A stretch of 64,000 bases of DNA from an uncultured Methanobrevibacter sp. GTDB taxonomy: Archaea > Methanobacteriota > Methanobacteria > Methanobacteriales > Methanobacteriaceae. Position 1 is the stretch's first letter. Every line of letters starts with the position of its first letter. Where the stretch lies: contig CANQZY010000001.1 in the NCBI GenBank assembly GCA_947628455.1, positions 20,613-84,612 on the forward strand, written 5' to 3'. The notes under the pieces were generated by a model, which did not search any database, was not told where the DNA came from, and was given only the letters and a program-made list of their open reading frames with translations. Shown here piece after piece: positions 1-12,851 of the stretch. Made by a program: the position numbers and the translations under genes.

Positions 1-753
1 TTAATGACTAGGTTCGACTTCAAAAGTACATTGTCCATCACCCATTGTATAACATTTAACTTCAGTTACATTAACAGGCATTTTAAAATATGATTCAAAT
101 AATGATTCAAATATTCCCTTATCTAAAAAACAGGCAGGTTTTCCAGTTTTTGGCAGATAACTACATTCAAAACAATCAATAGATGTAATTTTAATAATTT
201 GACCTAAATTAATATTTAATTTCCCTAATCTATTATTTTGCCAAAATTTAGATATATTTTTAATAAATACTTCTAAATTCTCATCATAAAGTTTTGAAAA
301 TAGCGCCTCTCCCATTTTTTTACCAACATTTTGTAAAATTGGATCAATAATTATACCTTCTTGGATTAACATTGAACGTAATGTATGAAAAAGTAATAAT
401 GGAAAATTATTAGTGCCATCTAATAAATGTTCTATTAAATCTGTTTTTGTTTCATTTAATGTTTTATTATCACTTTTATCGAGTGAACCTAAATATTTAG
501 AATTTAAATAGAAGATTTTTTTCCGGTTATCTTGTGGATCAATTTTATATGTGACAACACCTAATTCTCTTAATGCTTTTAAATGTACAGAAATAGTAGA
601 TTTCGATTTCCCAGTATTAAATACAATCTCATCAAATTCCATTTCATGTTCTCTTAGCATTTCCAATATAACTAATTTAACTGGACTTTTAATCACATTA
701 ATACCAAAATTATCATTATTAGAAAAAATTTGAATTGGTTTTTGTTTAGCTAT
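1..753 (-). CDS. msvR: MsvR-type redox-sensing transcription factor (ArsR-like wHTH + V4R domain)
   Basis: N-terminal HTH (GKSKSTISVHLKAL) and C-terminal V4R with DCFECS, PACF, KCYTMGDGQC; divergent from fprA. The track starts at GTG 696, but the frame stays open to 759 and an ATA at 753-751 lies 6 nt after a GAGGTGA RBS. Confidence 0.88.
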   Translation of the reverse strand: MAKQKPIQIFSNNDNFGINVIKSPVKLVILEMLREHEMEFDEIVFNTGKSKSTISVHLKALRELGVVTYKIDPQDNRKKIFYLNSKYLGSLDKSDNKTLNETKTDLIEHLLDGTNNFPLLLFHTLRSMLIQEGIIIDPILQNVGKKMGEALFSKLYDENLEVFIKNISKFWQNNRLGKLNINLGQIIKITSIDCFECSYLPKTGKPACFLDKGIFESLFESYFKMPVNVTEVKCYTMGDGQCTFEVEPSH

Positions 754-920
754 ACTAAATCACCTCTATTTAAATCTATTATATAAAACCTGTTATTTAA
801 GTTTATATATTTAAAATATATAAGATAAGTCAAAGAAATCATTAAAAAATTAATAAACTATTTAATTTAATTTAAAAAAAAATTTAAGATAATACAATTT
901 TTATGAATAAGCTGTTCATT

Positions 921-1030
921 AAAAAGATAATTTTATATAGAAACAGATATATAACCTATAAATATAACATTGGTTTAATGTTATACAAACAATATTTTAT
1001 AAAAAGTAAATAAACAATATTTTTATAAAA
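921..1030 (+). promoter_or_regulatory. Putative fprA promoter with inverted-repeat operator
   Basis: A-rich BRE-like tract then TTTTATATAG (931-940); perfect inverted repeat TATAACATT-N5-AATGTTATA (963-985); near-perfect direct repeat AAACAATATTTT(T)ATAAAA (987-1004, 1012-1030). Confidence 0.5.
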
Positions 1031-1041
1031 GGTAATATCAT

Positions 1042-2268
1042 ATGGAAGCTAAAGCAAAGAAAATCGGAGAAAAAGTATATTGGATTGGAGCGCTTGATTG
1101 GGATTTAAGAAGTTATCATGGATATACTCTAGATGGAACCACTTACAATGCATATATTGTTTTTGGGGATGAACATGTAGCATTAATAGATAATGCATAT
1201 CCAGGATATACAGATGAAATGATGGCACGTATTGATGATGCTTTTGCCCAAGAAGGAAGAGACAAAGTATCTATTGACTACATCATACAAAACCATGTGG
1301 AAATGGATCATAGCGGAGTACTAGTAGATTTACATAAAAGATTCCCTGAAGCACCAATTTATTGTAGTGAAATAGCTGTAAAAGGATTATTAGCACATTA
1401 TCCTTCATTAGAAAGTGCTGATTTTATTACTGTAGGAACTGGTGATACTTTAGAATTTGATGGTAGAACTTTAGCATTTTTAGATGCATTCTTATTGCAC
1501 TGGCCTGATAGTATGTTTACATTATTAGTTGAAGATGGAATTTTATTCTCTAATGATGCATTTGGTCAACACTTATGTTTTGCAGAAAGATATGATTATC
1601 AAATACCAGAATATGTATTAATGGATGCAACTGAAAAATTCTATGCAAATTTAATAACACCACTTTCAAAATTAGTAATTAAAAAATTCGATGAAATCAT
1701 TGAACTTGGGTTACTTGATCAAATCAAAATGATCGCGCCCTCACATGGGCAAATATGGACCAAACCAATGAAAGTAATTGAAGCTTATACTAAATGGGCT
1801 AACGGAGAATGTAAAGATAAGATTACTGTTATCTATGATACTATGCATTATTCTACTCAAAAAATGGCTCATGAAATAGCTGAAGGTATAATGGATGCTG
1901 GTTATGATGTTGAAATGTTTTTTTTACATGAAGATGAAAGAAGTGAAATTGTAAAAAGTATTTTAACAAGTAAAGGAATAGCTTTAGGAATTCCTACTAT
2001 TAATGATGAACCATTTCCAAGCATTGGAGATATTTTATTATATTTAAAAGGTTTAAGATTCGACAGGACAGGAATTTTAAGAAAAGCAATTACATTCGGT
2101 TCTATGGGCGGTAAAGGAGGATCAACTGAAAAAATAGCTAAATGTTTAGATAAATCTGGATTTAACGTTATTGATTCTCAAGAAATTTATTATAGGCCAA
2201 CTGAAGAGAATAATAAAACTAGTTTTAATTTAGCACAAAAATTAGTTGAAGAATGTAAAAAATTATAA
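1042..2268 (+). CDS. fprA: Flavodiiron protein / F420H2 oxidase FprA
   Basis: Diiron motifs [22 protein letters not shown] plus a C-terminal flavodoxin domain ([12 protein letters not shown]). Confidence 0.95.
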   Translation: MEAKAKKIGEKVYWIGALDWDLRSYHGYTLDGTTYNAYIVFGDEHVALIDNAYPGYTDEMMARIDDAFAQEGRDKVSIDYIIQNHVEMDHSGVLVDLHKRFPEAPIYCSEIAVKGLLAHYPSLESADFITVGTGDTLEFDGRTLAFLDAFLLHWPDSMFTLLVEDGILFSNDAFGQHLCFAERYDYQIPEYVLMDATEKFYANLITPLSKLVIKKFDEIIELGLLDQIKMIAPSHGQIWTKPMKVIEAYTKWANGECKDKITVIYDTMHYSTQKMAHEIAEGIMDAGYDVEMFFLHEDERSEIVKSILTSKGIALGIPTINDEPFPSIGDILLYLKGLRFDRTGILRKAITFGSMGGKGGSTEKIAKCLDKSGFNVIDSQEIYYRPTEENNKTSFNLAQKLVEECKKL

Positions 2269-2318
2269 AAATATATTAATTATGGATATGAAATTTTATT
2301 TAATGGAGGTATTATTTT

Positions 2319-2732
2319 ATGGTTAAATATGAACACAAAATTGGAACAACCAAAGATAAAAAAGTAGAAAAAGAAGTTCAAAATAATTTTATGGGAGAAA
2401 CCCAAGAAGTAGGTATGTATTTAGCAATGTCTAGACAAGCATCTAGAGAAGGATATGGGGAATTAGCTGAAGTATTTAAAAGAATAGCTTGGGAAGAAGC
2501 TGAACATGCAGCTAGATTTGCTGAAATGAATGGTGTTATAAATGATGATTTAAAATCTAACATTGAAATGATGTTAGAAGGTGAAAAAGCTGCTAATGCT
2601 GAAAAAAGAGCAGCACATGATTTAGCTGAAAAAGAAGGTCTTGAAGATGCTGCTGCTTTCTTCCAAGAAAGTTCCAAAGATGAAGGTCGTCATTACAGAA
2701 TATTAGAAGGAATATTAGAAAGATACTTCTAA
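2319..2732 (+). CDS. Rubrerythrin-like ferritin-fold diiron protein (no rubredoxin domain)
   Basis: Paired ExxH motifs EEAEHA and DEGRH; GGAGG RBS; directly downstream of fprA. Confidence 0.88.
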   Translation: MVKYEHKIGTTKDKKVEKEVQNNFMGETQEVGMYLAMSRQASREGYGELAEVFKRIAWEEAEHAARFAEMNGVINDDLKSNIEMMLEGEKAANAEKRAAHDLAEKEGLEDAAAFFQESSKDEGRHYRILEGILERYF

Positions 2733-2733
2733 T

Positions 2734-2773
2734 CTTATTTTTTCTCACATTTTTTTTATTCTTATTTTTTTTT
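2734..2773 (+). terminator. Oligo-T archaeal terminator of the fprA operon
   Basis: Several T runs immediately after the stop at 2732, in the gap between convergent genes. Confidence 0.55.
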
Positions 2774-3920
2774 AGCCTATAAAACCATATATTATGCTAA
2801 ATATTATTATTAAGGCGAGTAAAATTGAAACGAATTGTGTAATAGGCTTATAATGTTTTTCTTTTAATTTATAGCTTAGTAATGTTTCAAACATATGTCC
2901 CCCATCAAGCATTTTAATTGGAAGTAAGTTAAATAATCCAATACCTAAATTTAGGATAAATATCCATTGAAAAAGTTCTAATAATGAAAACCATACCCAA
3001 GGTAAATTTTCTCCCCAAACATCAGCTGTATTTTTATTTACTACATAATGTTTAGCTGTTTGAATACCAATAAATCCTCTTGAATCATTATTAGGATTTT
3101 GAGAAAGCTGTATATCATATACTCCAAGATCTGTTGAAACTGTAATGTTTTGGTTAGGTTTAAATCCTGAAACTAACTGCATATAATCATTAGAAGAGTT
3201 TAGTGTTTTATTGTCTATTGATTCTATAATCATTCCTTCTTTTAAAATATTATTTGCTGGGGAATCATCAATAATTCTTGAAATTTCAATTCCATCTTCT
3301 GAAAATGTAGATGGAATCACACATGTTGATATTAATGAAAATAATAATAATGCAATAATAGCTAATGATATGTTAGCCATTGACCCTGCTGCATATACTC
3401 TTAGTCTTGATATTTTATTAGATTGCTGTAATTCTTCTTCTACTGGTTCTACAAATGCTCCAGGTAATATTGTGAAAAGTAATAAACCAATAGATTTAAT
3501 ATTTATTCCTTCAACTCTTGATATCACACCATGTGCAAATTCATGAACTACTAGTACTGTTAATAATGCTATAATCCCATAACTAAACGGGACATAAATT
3601 GGAGATCCAGGTATATCTACTCCCGGTAAAACAATTGAAACTGAAGGCGATTCTAATATTGTTAATAATGATTGAATTAATGTATATGTTATAATAATCA
3701 TAGATCCATAACATATTATTAACCCAATATTCATGAACCATTTCCAAAATTTTGGATTAAGATTTGCTATTTTATTTATAAACCCTCTTAACCTTTTAGT
3801 TTTCCACATTATTATAGGAAATTCTATTTCAAATCCTAGTGTAGATAATTTTTTTTTAAATGTTAATGCTATAATCCATATTAAAATAAATGCTACAATA
3901 TAATACCAAATACCATTCAA
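2772..3920 (-). CDS. Site-2 protease, M50 family, with PDZ domain
   Basis: HEFAH zinc motif, GAFVEP and FNLLPIKMLDGG. Likely start TTG at 3920 (MNGIWYY) after an AGGGGT RBS; the track gives 3941. Confidence 0.92.
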   Translation of the reverse strand: MNGIWYYIVAFILIWIIALTFKKKLSTLGFEIEFPIIMWKTKRLRGFINKIANLNPKFWKWFMNIGLIICYGSMIIITYTLIQSLLTILESPSVSIVLPGVDIPGSPIYVPFSYGIIALLTVLVVHEFAHGVISRVEGINIKSIGLLLFTILPGAFVEPVEEELQQSNKISRLRVYAAGSMANISLAIIALLLFSLISTCVIPSTFSEDGIEISRIIDDSPANNILKEGMIIESIDNKTLNSSNDYMQLVSGFKPNQNITVSTDLGVYDIQLSQNPNNDSRGFIGIQTAKHYVVNKNTADVWGENLPWVWFSLLELFQWIFILNLGIGLFNLLPIKMLDGGHMFETLLSYKLKEKHYKPITQFVSILLALIIIFSIIYGFIG

Positions 3921-3934
3921 TATAATACCCCTAA

Positions 3935-5152
3935 CTACCAACTCATTAAATTAAAATATACAACATTAACTAAATCATCTTTCTGACATCCTTCATTATT
4001 CTCATCTATTATAATATAGCTATTAGCATCTATCATCGATCGAATAATACCTGAACCCCTATTTAAAATATGTCTAGCATATTTATCATCAGAAAAGGCT
4101 CTAACAAAATCAGTTCTACCAAGCTGTGAAGGTATTTTTAGTCTAGATCTTCTCTTAACAATAGGGTATTTAAATTCTCTACCTTGCATTTTAAATAAAT
4201 ACTTTCTTGCAAACATGTCAAATTGTGTCATTGCCGCAACAGGTTGACCTGAAAATGCAAATACCATTCTATTATTAATAATACCTGCCCCAAAAGGCTT
4301 GCCTGGCCTTATTGAAATACCATGACATAATAATTTGCCATTTGTTTCAACAACATCTAAAACAACATCTCCTTTAGATAATGCTGTTCCTCCTGTTGTC
4401 ATCACCACATCATATTCTTCACTAGCCTTTAAAATAGCATTTTCAACACTTTCAAATGTATCATCAACACATTCAATAGAAGAAACAGCTCCACAATCTT
4501 CAATCATAGATAACATAGTAAATTGATTAGAATTAATAATATGTGCAGCATCTAAAGGGTCCTTTGTTGGTTCTACAAGTTCATTTCCTGTAATTATAAC
4601 CTTCACTTTAGGTTTTTCAAAAACTTTTATTTCATCATAACCTGCAGATGCAATCATCCCCATTTCCTGATATCTAATAAAAGTATTCTTTGAAAGAACT
4701 TTATCTCCCTTTTTAATATCTTCTGATTTAGGACTTATATTTTCACCAGGCGTTACTTGATTTGTAATTATAACCTCATCATCATCAATTGTAGTATACT
4801 CCTTCATTAAAACCGCATCAGCACCTTTAGGTATAGGTGCACCTGTAGCAATTATAATTGCTTCACCATTTTTTAAGTGTTTTTTAGATTCCACCCCTGC
4901 ACTAATAGAATCCACTATTTTCAAAGTTTTTGGAGATGAATCTGAAGCACCAAAAGTATCTTTACCTTTAACAGCAAAACCATCCATTACAGATTTATCG
5001 AATGGAGGAGAATCCTGAAAAGATTCAATATTTTCAGCTAAAACTCTCTTATGAGCTTCTCTTAAAGGAATAACTTCATTTCCCATTATTTTTTGATTAT
5101 TATCAATAATTTCAATAGTATCCTTTAAAGAATTCAATTTAGAGAAAAACAT
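3935..5152 (-). CDS. moeA: Molybdopterin molybdenumtransferase
   Basis: PPFDKSVMDGFAV, IATGAPIPKGADAV, TGNEL, RPGKP. Confidence 0.95.
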   Translation of the reverse strand: MFFSKLNSLKDTIEIIDNNQKIMGNEVIPLREAHKRVLAENIESFQDSPPFDKSVMDGFAVKGKDTFGASDSSPKTLKIVDSISAGVESKKHLKNGEAIIIATGAPIPKGADAVLMKEYTTIDDDEVIITNQVTPGENISPKSEDIKKGDKVLSKNTFIRYQEMGMIASAGYDEIKVFEKPKVKVIITGNELVEPTKDPLDAAHIINSNQFTMLSMIEDCGAVSSIECVDDTFESVENAILKASEEYDVVMTTGGTALSKGDVVLDVVETNGKLLCHGISIRPGKPFGAGIINNRMVFAFSGQPVAAMTQFDMFARKYLFKMQGREFKYPIVKRRSRLKIPSQLGRTDFVRAFSDDKYARHILNRGSGIIRSMIDANSYIIIDENNEGCQKDDLVNVVYFNLMSW

Positions 5153-5172
5153 AAACTTACCCTCCCAATTTC

Positions 5173-7323
5173 TTATTGCATATATTGTTCAATAACACCA
5201 TTATAACAATCTGCTAATTCATCTTTGGTAATCTTAAAATTATCAATAATTAAACCATCTCCACCCACTTCACCAATAATAGATGCTGAAACTTCTAATT
5301 TATTAAGAATTTTATCAGCCACATCACTCTTAACAGTTACTATATATCTTCCATGAGTTTCAGAGAAAAGCAAATTATTAACATCCATTTCACTATCCGC
5401 ATTAATATTTAAAGTAGATATTTCACAACCTATACCACTTTTAATCACCATCTCAGCTAATGCAATAGCAATACCCCCATTAGAAACATCATGAACAGCT
5501 GTAATATTATTATTTACATCCTTACCAATTAAATTTAAAACAGCCTGCCCATTAGCATATTCTGTATTGATTCTTACTCTAGGTGCTTTTCCCTTCTCTA
5601 AACCATAAATCACCTTTAAAAATTCTGATCCTCCTACTTCATCAAATGTCTCTCCAATTAATATTATTTTATCACCAGCACTTTTAAAATCCAGAGTTCT
5701 AATATTTTCAATATTTTCAACTCCTATTACTCCGACTACCGGTGCAGGGTTAATTTTAACTCCTTCTGTTTCATTATAAAAACTTACATTCCCACTAATT
5801 ACTGGAACATTAAATTTAGATGCTACATCTGACATTCCCTTTATACATTGCTTAAATTGCCATAAAACTTCCGGTGTTTCTGGATTTCCAAAATTAAGAC
5901 AATCCACTATTGCACAAGGTGTTGCTCCCATTGATATTATATTACTTATTGCTTCACTAACAGACCCCCCACCACCATGATAAGCTGAAAGTTTAGTATG
6001 AATTGTATTAGAATCTGTAGTAAGAGCTATTACTGTTTCATCATCAATTCTTAAAATAGCCGCATCATCACCGGGTTTTACAACAGTTCTTAACTGAACT
6101 TCATGATCATATTGCCTATAAATCCAACTTTTAGATGCTATATTAGGAGAAGATAAAACATTTAAAATAGCATCTCTAGTATCTACAGGTTCAATCTCAA
6201 GCTCTAAATCATCTTCAACTATTTCTTTAAATGGCCTATCTATTGATGGAGGATCTGCAAGAAGAACTGTAGGAAGATCTGCAATTATTTTTTCATCATC
6301 TTTGATTTTCATATTATTTCCTTCTGTTACTTCTCCTATTATTGATGATTTTACTTCATGTTTATCACAGATTTCTTTTGCTAATGATATATCTTGAGGT
6401 TTTATTACAAAAACCATTCTTTCTTGTGATTCCGAAAGCATTATTTCATATGGAGTCATCCCTTTCTCTCTAAGAGGTATTGATTTTAAATCAACTACAG
6501 CCCCATTTTGAGATGTATCTACAAGTTCAGAAATACAACATGTAATCCCACCTCCACCTAAATCTTTAACACCACTAACATCAATTTTCTCTAAAATTTC
6601 TAATGATGCCTCTAACACTCTTTTTTTAGTAAATGGATCCGCTACTTGAACTGAAGACCTATCCCTAGTTTCACTATTTGATGTTAGTTCTTCTGATGCA
6701 AATGTAACACCATGTATACCATCACGACCTGTTGTTCCACCTATCAAAAGAAACACATCCCCCACATTAGGCGCTTCACCTCTTACAATCTTATCTTTTT
6801 CCACCAGCCCCACACACATTACATTTACTAATGGATTGATATTGAATGATTGATCAAATTCTGTTTCTCCAGCTACTGTAGGAACCCCAACTCTATTTCC
6901 ATAATCAGATATTCCTTTAACAACATGTTCAAATAAATATCTCGATTTTTCATCAGTCAACGGACCAAATCTTAGTGAATCCAATAATGCTATAGGCATT
7001 GCCCCCATTGAAATAATATCTCTTAATATCCCCCCAATTCCAGTTCCTGCTCCCCCATATGGTTCAACTGCAGAGGGATGGTTATGACTTTCCATTCCAA
7101 CAGCTAAGGCATATTTTTCTGTAATAGATATTAATCCTGCATCATCTCCAGGTCCTAGTATAACATTTTTTCCCTGTGTGGGAAAAATACTTAAAATAGG
7201 CCTACTGCTTTTATAAGAACAATGTTCCGAAAACATCACATCCAACATTCCTTCTTCTAAGGAATTCATCTTTCTATTTAGTATTCCTTCTATATAATCA
7301 ATTTCACTATCTTTCAAACTCAT
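5173..7323 (-). CDS. purL: Phosphoribosylformylglycinamidine synthase subunit PurL
   Basis: [36 protein letters not shown]. Confidence 0.97.
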   Translation of the reverse strand: MSLKDSEIDYIEGILNRKMNSLEEGMLDVMFSEHCSYKSSRPILSIFPTQGKNVILGPGDDAGLISITEKYALAVGMESHNHPSAVEPYGGAGTGIGGILRDIISMGAMPIALLDSLRFGPLTDEKSRYLFEHVVKGISDYGNRVGVPTVAGETEFDQSFNINPLVNVMCVGLVEKDKIVRGEAPNVGDVFLLIGGTTGRDGIHGVTFASEELTSNSETRDRSSVQVADPFTKKRVLEASLEILEKIDVSGVKDLGGGGITCCISELVDTSQNGAVVDLKSIPLREKGMTPYEIMLSESQERMVFVIKPQDISLAKEICDKHEVKSSIIGEVTEGNNMKIKDDEKIIADLPTVLLADPPSIDRPFKEIVEDDLELEIEPVDTRDAILNVLSSPNIASKSWIYRQYDHEVQLRTVVKPGDDAAILRIDDETVIALTTDSNTIHTKLSAYHGGGGSVSEAISNIISMGATPCAIVDCLNFGNPETPEVLWQFKQCIKGMSDVASKFNVPVISGNVSFYNETEGVKINPAPVVGVIGVENIENIRTLDFKSAGDKIILIGETFDEVGGSEFLKVIYGLEKGKAPRVRINTEYANGQAVLNLIGKDVNNNITAVHDVSNGGIAIALAEMVIKSGIGCEISTLNINADSEMDVNNLLFSETHGRYIVTVKSDVADKILNKLEVSASIIGEVGGDGLIIDNFKITKDELADCYNGVIEQYMQ

Positions 7324-7340
7324 AATCTAAATTCTCTCTA

Positions 7341-10300
7341 TTATTTTGTTTCTGTGATGCTGATGCAAACTTTTTGTCCCTCAATATTCCAATGTTTAAT
7401 ATATTCATCTTCTTTTACTGAATTAAAGGATTCATATTCTTCAATATCTAAAATATCCAATTTATTTGCTCTAACTTCATTCATGATAAATTTAAGTTTA
7501 GGCAGTATCATATCTTTAAATTCTACAGACGTTTTAACTATAACATCAATATTAGCTTCCACATCTAAATCTAAATCTTTACGCATATCTTGTATTCTTC
7601 TTATTATCTCACGAGCCATTGCCTCTTGTTTAATTTCTGTTGTTATATTTGTATTTACAAATACATTCCCTCCTTTAAATTCCGAACTTACAAAATCATC
7701 TGGAAGCTCACTTTCAAATAAAATATGATCAGAATTAAGCTCAAAAACTTTATCATCCTCTTCAATAATATATAAGTTATTTTCTTCTATTTCAGATTTG
7801 ATCTTATTTCCATCATCATTTTCTAGTGCTTTTTTAACTATACCTACATCTTCTTTGAGTATTGGACCTAATGTTTTTAAGTTCGGTTTAGCATTAAAGG
7901 AAAGATTTTTAAACCTCTCTGATGTAAAAACCTCTTTGGTATTAGATTGTTCTTTTATAATATCTTTTAAATCTTCAACTGCTTTAAGTATATTTTCATC
8001 TTGTGATACTACTGTAATATCATTAACTGGCCATCTTAATTTATATTTTGCAATATCTCGTGCTCTTATAGAAGCATCTATAACTTCACGAACTATGTCC
8101 ATCTTGGATTCAAGATCAAAATCAATGACTTCAACATCATATTCCCAATTATTCATATGAATACTATCTGGTGCATCAGGATTTACATTTAATACTAAAT
8201 TTTCATATATTTCTTCTGATATGTGTGGTGCTATTGGAGCTATTACTTGTATCAACTTTACAAGTGCTGTATATAATGCATAATATGCACCTAACTTATC
8301 AGGATCATCACGTTCAACCCAGGTTCTACCTCTAATTAATCTTACATACCACCTACTTAAATCTTCAAGAATAAAATTATTAATAAGTCTAGTGGCTTTA
8401 TGAAACTCTAACTTATCTAAATAGCATCCAACATCTTTCACAAGACTATTAACCTTTGATATGATCCATTTATCCTCATATCTTAAACTATAATCTTCTT
8501 TTTTGAGTTTTATTGGATTAAAATTATCTAATACCATATAAGTTGTTGAAAAAACATAGACATTCCATAAAATATTAAACATTTTTTCAATGTTTGTTAA
8601 CTCATCCCATACAAATTTCAAGTCTTCCCATGGTTTGTTAGCCCATAATAGATAGAATCTTAATACATCTGCCCCATATTTTTCAATAATCTCATCAGGA
8701 GATACTACATTTCCTAATGATTTACTCATTTTTTTACCATTTTCATCTAACACAAACCCATGCATTAAAACTTTTTTATACGGCGCTCTATCAAAGGCTA
8801 TTACTCCGGCACCTAATTGTGAATAGAACCAACCTCTTGTTTGATCATGCCCTTCTGTTATAAAATCATAGGGAAACCATTGCTGAAATTTATCTTTTTG
8901 TTGAGGATAATAAAGTGAAGCCCAACCTGCAACTCCAGAATCAATCCAGACATCCAAAACATCAGGAATTCTACTAATTTTTCTTCCACAACAATCACAT
9001 TTCATTTTAATTTCATCAATATAAGGTCTGTGGATTAATTTCTCATCATCAACATTAATCTCATTTAATGATTCTTTTTTAAGTTCATCTAATGAACCTA
9101 CAACTTTAATCTCCCCACACTCAGGACATTCCCATATTGGAATAGGTATACCCCAATATCTTTGCCTTGAGATAGTCCAGTCTTTCGCATTATCTACCCA
9201 ATCTTTAAATCTACCTTCACCAGCCCAATTAGGGATCCATTCTACTTTATCAATCTCATTTAACATTTGATTTTTAACATCAGTAACTTTTAAAAACCAT
9301 TGTTTAGTTGCCAAATAAATAATAGGAGTTTTACATCTCCAACAAACACCATATCTATGAATTAATGTGTCATTTTTAAATATTACTCCTTTATTCTGCA
9401 TATCACCAATTATCTCATCATTTGCATCTCTACAAAATTGCCCCATATATTTTCCTGCATCTTCTGTATAAGTACCATCTTCTGTTAATGGCGAATGTAT
9501 AGGAAGATTATATTTTTTACCAACTTCAAAATCATCAGCACCATGTCCCGGAGCAATATGCACTAATCCTGTACCTTCTTCTAACTCTACATGAGCACCA
9601 GCTACCACTGTGTGAACATTATCCCTTTTATCATATTCCGCTTGTATTGGCACTTCTTCTTTCAGTGGATAATCATATTTGTAATTTAACAGTTCTTCTC
9701 CACTTATTACTTTTATTATTTCATACACTTCATCCTCTTTTAGTACATCTTCCTCATTTTCTTCTTCTGAAGATCTTTCTTTATATGTTAAGTGTGAAGG
9801 CCCTAAGATAGTTTCTACTAAGTTTTCAGCTATTATTAATATTTCTTCATTAATCTTAACAAATGCATATTTAAATTCTGGATTAATTGCAATTGCTAAA
9901 TTTGATGGAATTGTCCATGGAGTGGTGGTCCAAACAAGAAAGTATTCTTTCAAATTTCCATCATTTTCTTTCTTTGTCAATAATGGTTGTGATAGTGGAA
10001 ATTTTATAAATATAGACGGATCCTTTTTTTCTTCATAATCAATTTCTGCTGCAGCTAGTGCTGTTTGACAGTGTGGGCACCAACTTATTACTCTTTTATC
10101 ATTTATCAATAAATCCTTTTCATTTGCCTTTTTTAATGTCCACCATGCTGATTCCATATACTTTGGATCTAATGTCATATACGGACTATCCCAATCCATC
10201 CATACTCCTAAATCTTTAAATTCGTTTTCCATTGCATTTTTATTCTGTATTGCAAATTCTTTACATTTTTCGACGAATTTATCAATTCCAATATTATTTT

Positions 10301-10628
10301 CGATTTCTTGCTTACTTTTTATACCCATTATTTCTTCTACTTTATGTTCTATAGGAAGACCATGCATATCCCATCCTGCCTGTCTTCTTATATTATAACC
10401 ATTCATACTTTTATAACGTAAGTAACAATCCTTGATTACTTTGTTCCATGTTGTTCCTAAATGTATTTTACCACTACAATAGGGCGGACCATCTAAAAAT
10501 GAATATTGAGGACCATTAGATCTAAGTTTATTAGTCTTAGAGAACGTTTCATTCTCTTTCCAAGAATCTTGGATTTTATTTTCTATTTTTTTATGATTAT
10601 ATGATTTTTCTACCTCTTTTATTGACAT
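7341..10628 (-). CDS. ileS: Isoleucine--tRNA ligase
   Basis: [53 protein letters not shown]. Confidence 0.97.
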   Translation of the reverse strand: MSIKEVEKSYNHKKIENKIQDSWKENETFSKTNKLRSNGPQYSFLDGPPYCSGKIHLGTTWNKVIKDCYLRYKSMNGYNIRRQAGWDMHGLPIEHKVEEIMGIKSKQEIENNIGIDKFVEKCKEFAIQNKNAMENEFKDLGVWMDWDSPYMTLDPKYMESAWWTLKKANEKDLLINDKRVISWCPHCQTALAAAEIDYEEKKDPSIFIKFPLSQPLLTKKENDGNLKEYFLVWTTTPWTIPSNLAIAINPEFKYAFVKINEEILIIAENLVETILGPSHLTYKERSSEEENEEDVLKEDEVYEIIKVISGEELLNYKYDYPLKEEVPIQAEYDKRDNVHTVVAGAHVELEEGTGLVHIAPGHGADDFEVGKKYNLPIHSPLTEDGTYTEDAGKYMGQFCRDANDEIIGDMQNKGVIFKNDTLIHRYGVCWRCKTPIIYLATKQWFLKVTDVKNQMLNEIDKVEWIPNWAGEGRFKDWVDNAKDWTISRQRYWGIPIPIWECPECGEIKVVGSLDELKKESLNEINVDDEKLIHRPYIDEIKMKCDCCGRKISRIPDVLDVWIDSGVAGWASLYYPQQKDKFQQWFPYDFITEGHDQTRGWFYSQLGAGVIAFDRAPYKKVLMHGFVLDENGKKMSKSLGNVVSPDEIIEKYGADVLRFYLLWANKPWEDLKFVWDELTNIEKMFNILWNVYVFSTTYMVLDNFNPIKLKKEDYSLRYEDKWIISKVNSLVKDVGCYLDKLEFHKATRLINNFILEDLSRWYVRLIRGRTWVERDDPDKLGAYYALYTALVKLIQVIAPIAPHISEEIYENLVLNVNPDAPDSIHMNNWEYDVEVIDFDLESKMDIVREVIDASIRARDIAKYKLRWPVNDITVVSQDENILKAVEDLKDIIKEQSNTKEVFTSERFKNLSFNAKPNLKTLGPILKEDVGIVKKALENDDGNKIKSEIEENNLYIIEEDDKVFELNSDHILFESELPDDFVSSEFKGGNVFVNTNITTEIKQEAMAREIIRRIQDMRKDLDLDVEANIDVIVKTSVEFKDMILPKLKFIMNEVRANKLDILDIEEYESFNSVKEDEYIKHWNIEGQKVCISITETK

Positions 10629-10729
10629 TGCAAATATTCTCCCTGAATTATTATATAATATAAATGATGATTAATTCTTAAATAATCTAAAAAAATGAAG
10701 AAGTAATAAATTAAATGGAAATAAGCTAT

Positions 10730-11935
10730 TTAATATGTTTTACTATTTCCATTAACTACATTTTCTGTGATAATTGCAATGTCTTCTAACCATCTATCAA
10801 CTATCCTCTCAACCTTAAAATTAATATCCTCCAATTTATAGCCATTTTCTAGTATGAGTTGTGTAGATGCTGCTTTAGGTTGATCAATAGGTTTTCCAAT
10901 TTGACTTAAAACCATCACATTTACTTGTTTTACTCCTTCAACTCTTTCTACTATTTCTTCTGACATTTTATTACATAAAATATTATATATTTTTCCCACA
11001 TGATTAATTGGATTTTTACCAGATGTTGCTTCCATAGACATTGGTCGACATGGAGTTATTAAACCATTTGCTCTGTTTCCTCTACCTACAGACCCATCAT
11101 CTCCCATTTCAGCAGATGTTCCTGTAACTGTTAAATAGTATCCTGATGCATCTTTTGAATCATCATTATCTGCAGTATTTACATATACTTTTACATCTCT
11201 ATCTGTATATTTTGGTGCAATGTCTGCTATAATATCTTTTAATTCCTCCCTAAGTGAAATATATTCATCTCTATCATTTAAATATTTAGATACCATTGCA
11301 CATGCTACTGTAAGTGTTATTTGATCTTCTTCTCTTAGTCCCATTACTTTAATATCTTCCCCAACAGCAGGATATTTCTTTTTAAAGTCTTTAGAGTTTA
11401 ATAAAGTTTCAGTTTCAAAGACTAACTTTTCTGTTTGAGATAATGGAGCGTATCCAACACCAAATGAAGTATCATTTGATGATGGAGCGCCTTGTCGTTT
11501 AAATACATCTACCAAATCTCCTGACCCATGACCAATTTTACATTCAACAACAGTATTACGTTCCACATCTAAATTAATGATTGTTTCATCTAGAAAATTT
11601 TTTGCTGCTTCTATAGCTACAACATCTAAAGGAAATTTTTGCCCTTCATATTCAGACACACCTCTACCTGTAAGAAGTACTTCTATTGGTTTTAAGACTT
11701 TTCCACCACTGAATTTAGGATCTGATTCTCCCGCTGTTATTTGTACTTCATCAGTGTTATGGTGAAGCACACCACCTAATTCATTCATGTACATATTACA
11801 TAATGCTTCACTTACAGTTTCGCCAATACCATCACTTATACTATCTGGATGACCTATTCCTTTTCTTTCAACGATTTCTAGATCTAAATCCTCAATATAA
11901 GTCTGATTTAATTTATCTACAATAATATTTCTCAT
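10730..11935 (-). CDS. mat: Archaeal-type S-adenosylmethionine synthetase
   Basis: [38 protein letters not shown]. Confidence 0.95.
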   Translation of the reverse strand: MRNIIVDKLNQTYIEDLDLEIVERKGIGHPDSISDGIGETVSEALCNMYMNELGGVLHHNTDEVQITAGESDPKFSGGKVLKPIEVLLTGRGVSEYEGQKFPLDVVAIEAAKNFLDETIINLDVERNTVVECKIGHGSGDLVDVFKRQGAPSSNDTSFGVGYAPLSQTEKLVFETETLLNSKDFKKKYPAVGEDIKVMGLREEDQITLTVACAMVSKYLNDRDEYISLREELKDIIADIAPKYTDRDVKVYVNTADNDDSKDASGYYLTVTGTSAEMGDDGSVGRGNRANGLITPCRPMSMEATSGKNPINHVGKIYNILCNKMSEEIVERVEGVKQVNVMVLSQIGKPIDQPKAASTQLILENGYKLEDINFKVERIVDRWLEDIAIITENVVNGNSKTY

Positions 11936-12158
11936 CTATATCAACACATAATCAATTATATTATTATATATCTGTTATTTTTTTTTAATTAATAAATATT
12001 AGCTTATTTACAAAATTATTATGTAAAATTATTATCAGCAGATAATCCTTCCAAAATTTCATATTAAAAAAAAAATCTTAATTATATGTATCTTATAGTG
12101 AATTTTTAATTTATTACTTATAATTTAATTTTATTTAATAAAAAATAAGAAAAATAAT

Positions 12159-12851
12159 TTATATATACTCTAAAATATCAAATGGTTTTTCAAAAATTGT
12201 TATTCCTTTCATTTGTGATAATTTTTTAGTATTTTCAATATCTATATCTCTCATATAAATTGTAACAATTTTTCCTGCATTTATTGCCCCATTTGGGCAT
12301 GAATTTTTACATAAACCACACCCAGTACATTTTGTTAGATCAATTTCTGATGCTGGAATTATCGCCCCATTTTTACATGTTAATGCAGATATACATTCAT
12401 CACAATTTTCACATAGGGATAATTCTAATTTTGATGGAAGTATTGTATCTATTGCTCCAGAATGATAATCAACTGGCACCATAAAAATATTTACTGCTCC
12501 TTTTCCTGCCTGTGCTACTGCATTAGTAACTAAACTATCTGCTATTCCATATACTATCTTTGATACTGTATTAGCTGTTGCTGGTGTGACTATAAGTAGA
12601 TCATACTTTCCAAGTGATAATCTACCTGTTATTGGATAGCTAAATCTCTGATTTATTTCTGTGTATAATTCATTGTATTTTCCACCAGATAGTTGAATAA
12701 TTTTTTCATAAAATCCATACATTTTAAGTACTTCTACTGCTGCTGCTGATAAAAATATTGTTAAGTCGTTTTTTTGTGATATTTTTTCTGCTAGTTTTAC
12801 TGATTGTTCTAGTAAATGTCCTGCTCCTGTAATGCAAAATGCTATTTTCAT
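12159..12851 (-). CDS. dmrX: Iron-sulfur flavoprotein, dihydromethanopterin reductase (acceptor) DmrX type
   Basis: Flavoprotein motifs ITGAGH and [18 protein letters not shown] plus two 4Fe-4S motifs ([19 protein letters not shown]); overlaps the glyA stop by 4 bp. Confidence 0.82.
   Translation of the reverse strand: MKIAFCITGAGHLLEQSVKLAEKISQKNDLTIFLSAAAVEVLKMYGFYEKIIQLSGGKYNELYTEINQRFSYPITGRLSLGKYDLLIVTPATANTVSKIVYGIADSLVTNAVAQAGKGAVNIFMVPVDYHSGAIDTILPSKLELSLCENCDECISALTCKNGAIIPASEIDLTKCTGCGLCKNSCPNGAINAGKIVTIYMRDIDIENTKKLSQMKGITIFEKPFDILEYI

Noticed and set aside
9740-9800. Acidic insertion in IleRS ([12 protein letters not shown]) as an intein or extra domain
   Set aside because: It is a short low-complexity loop with no intein splice motifs.
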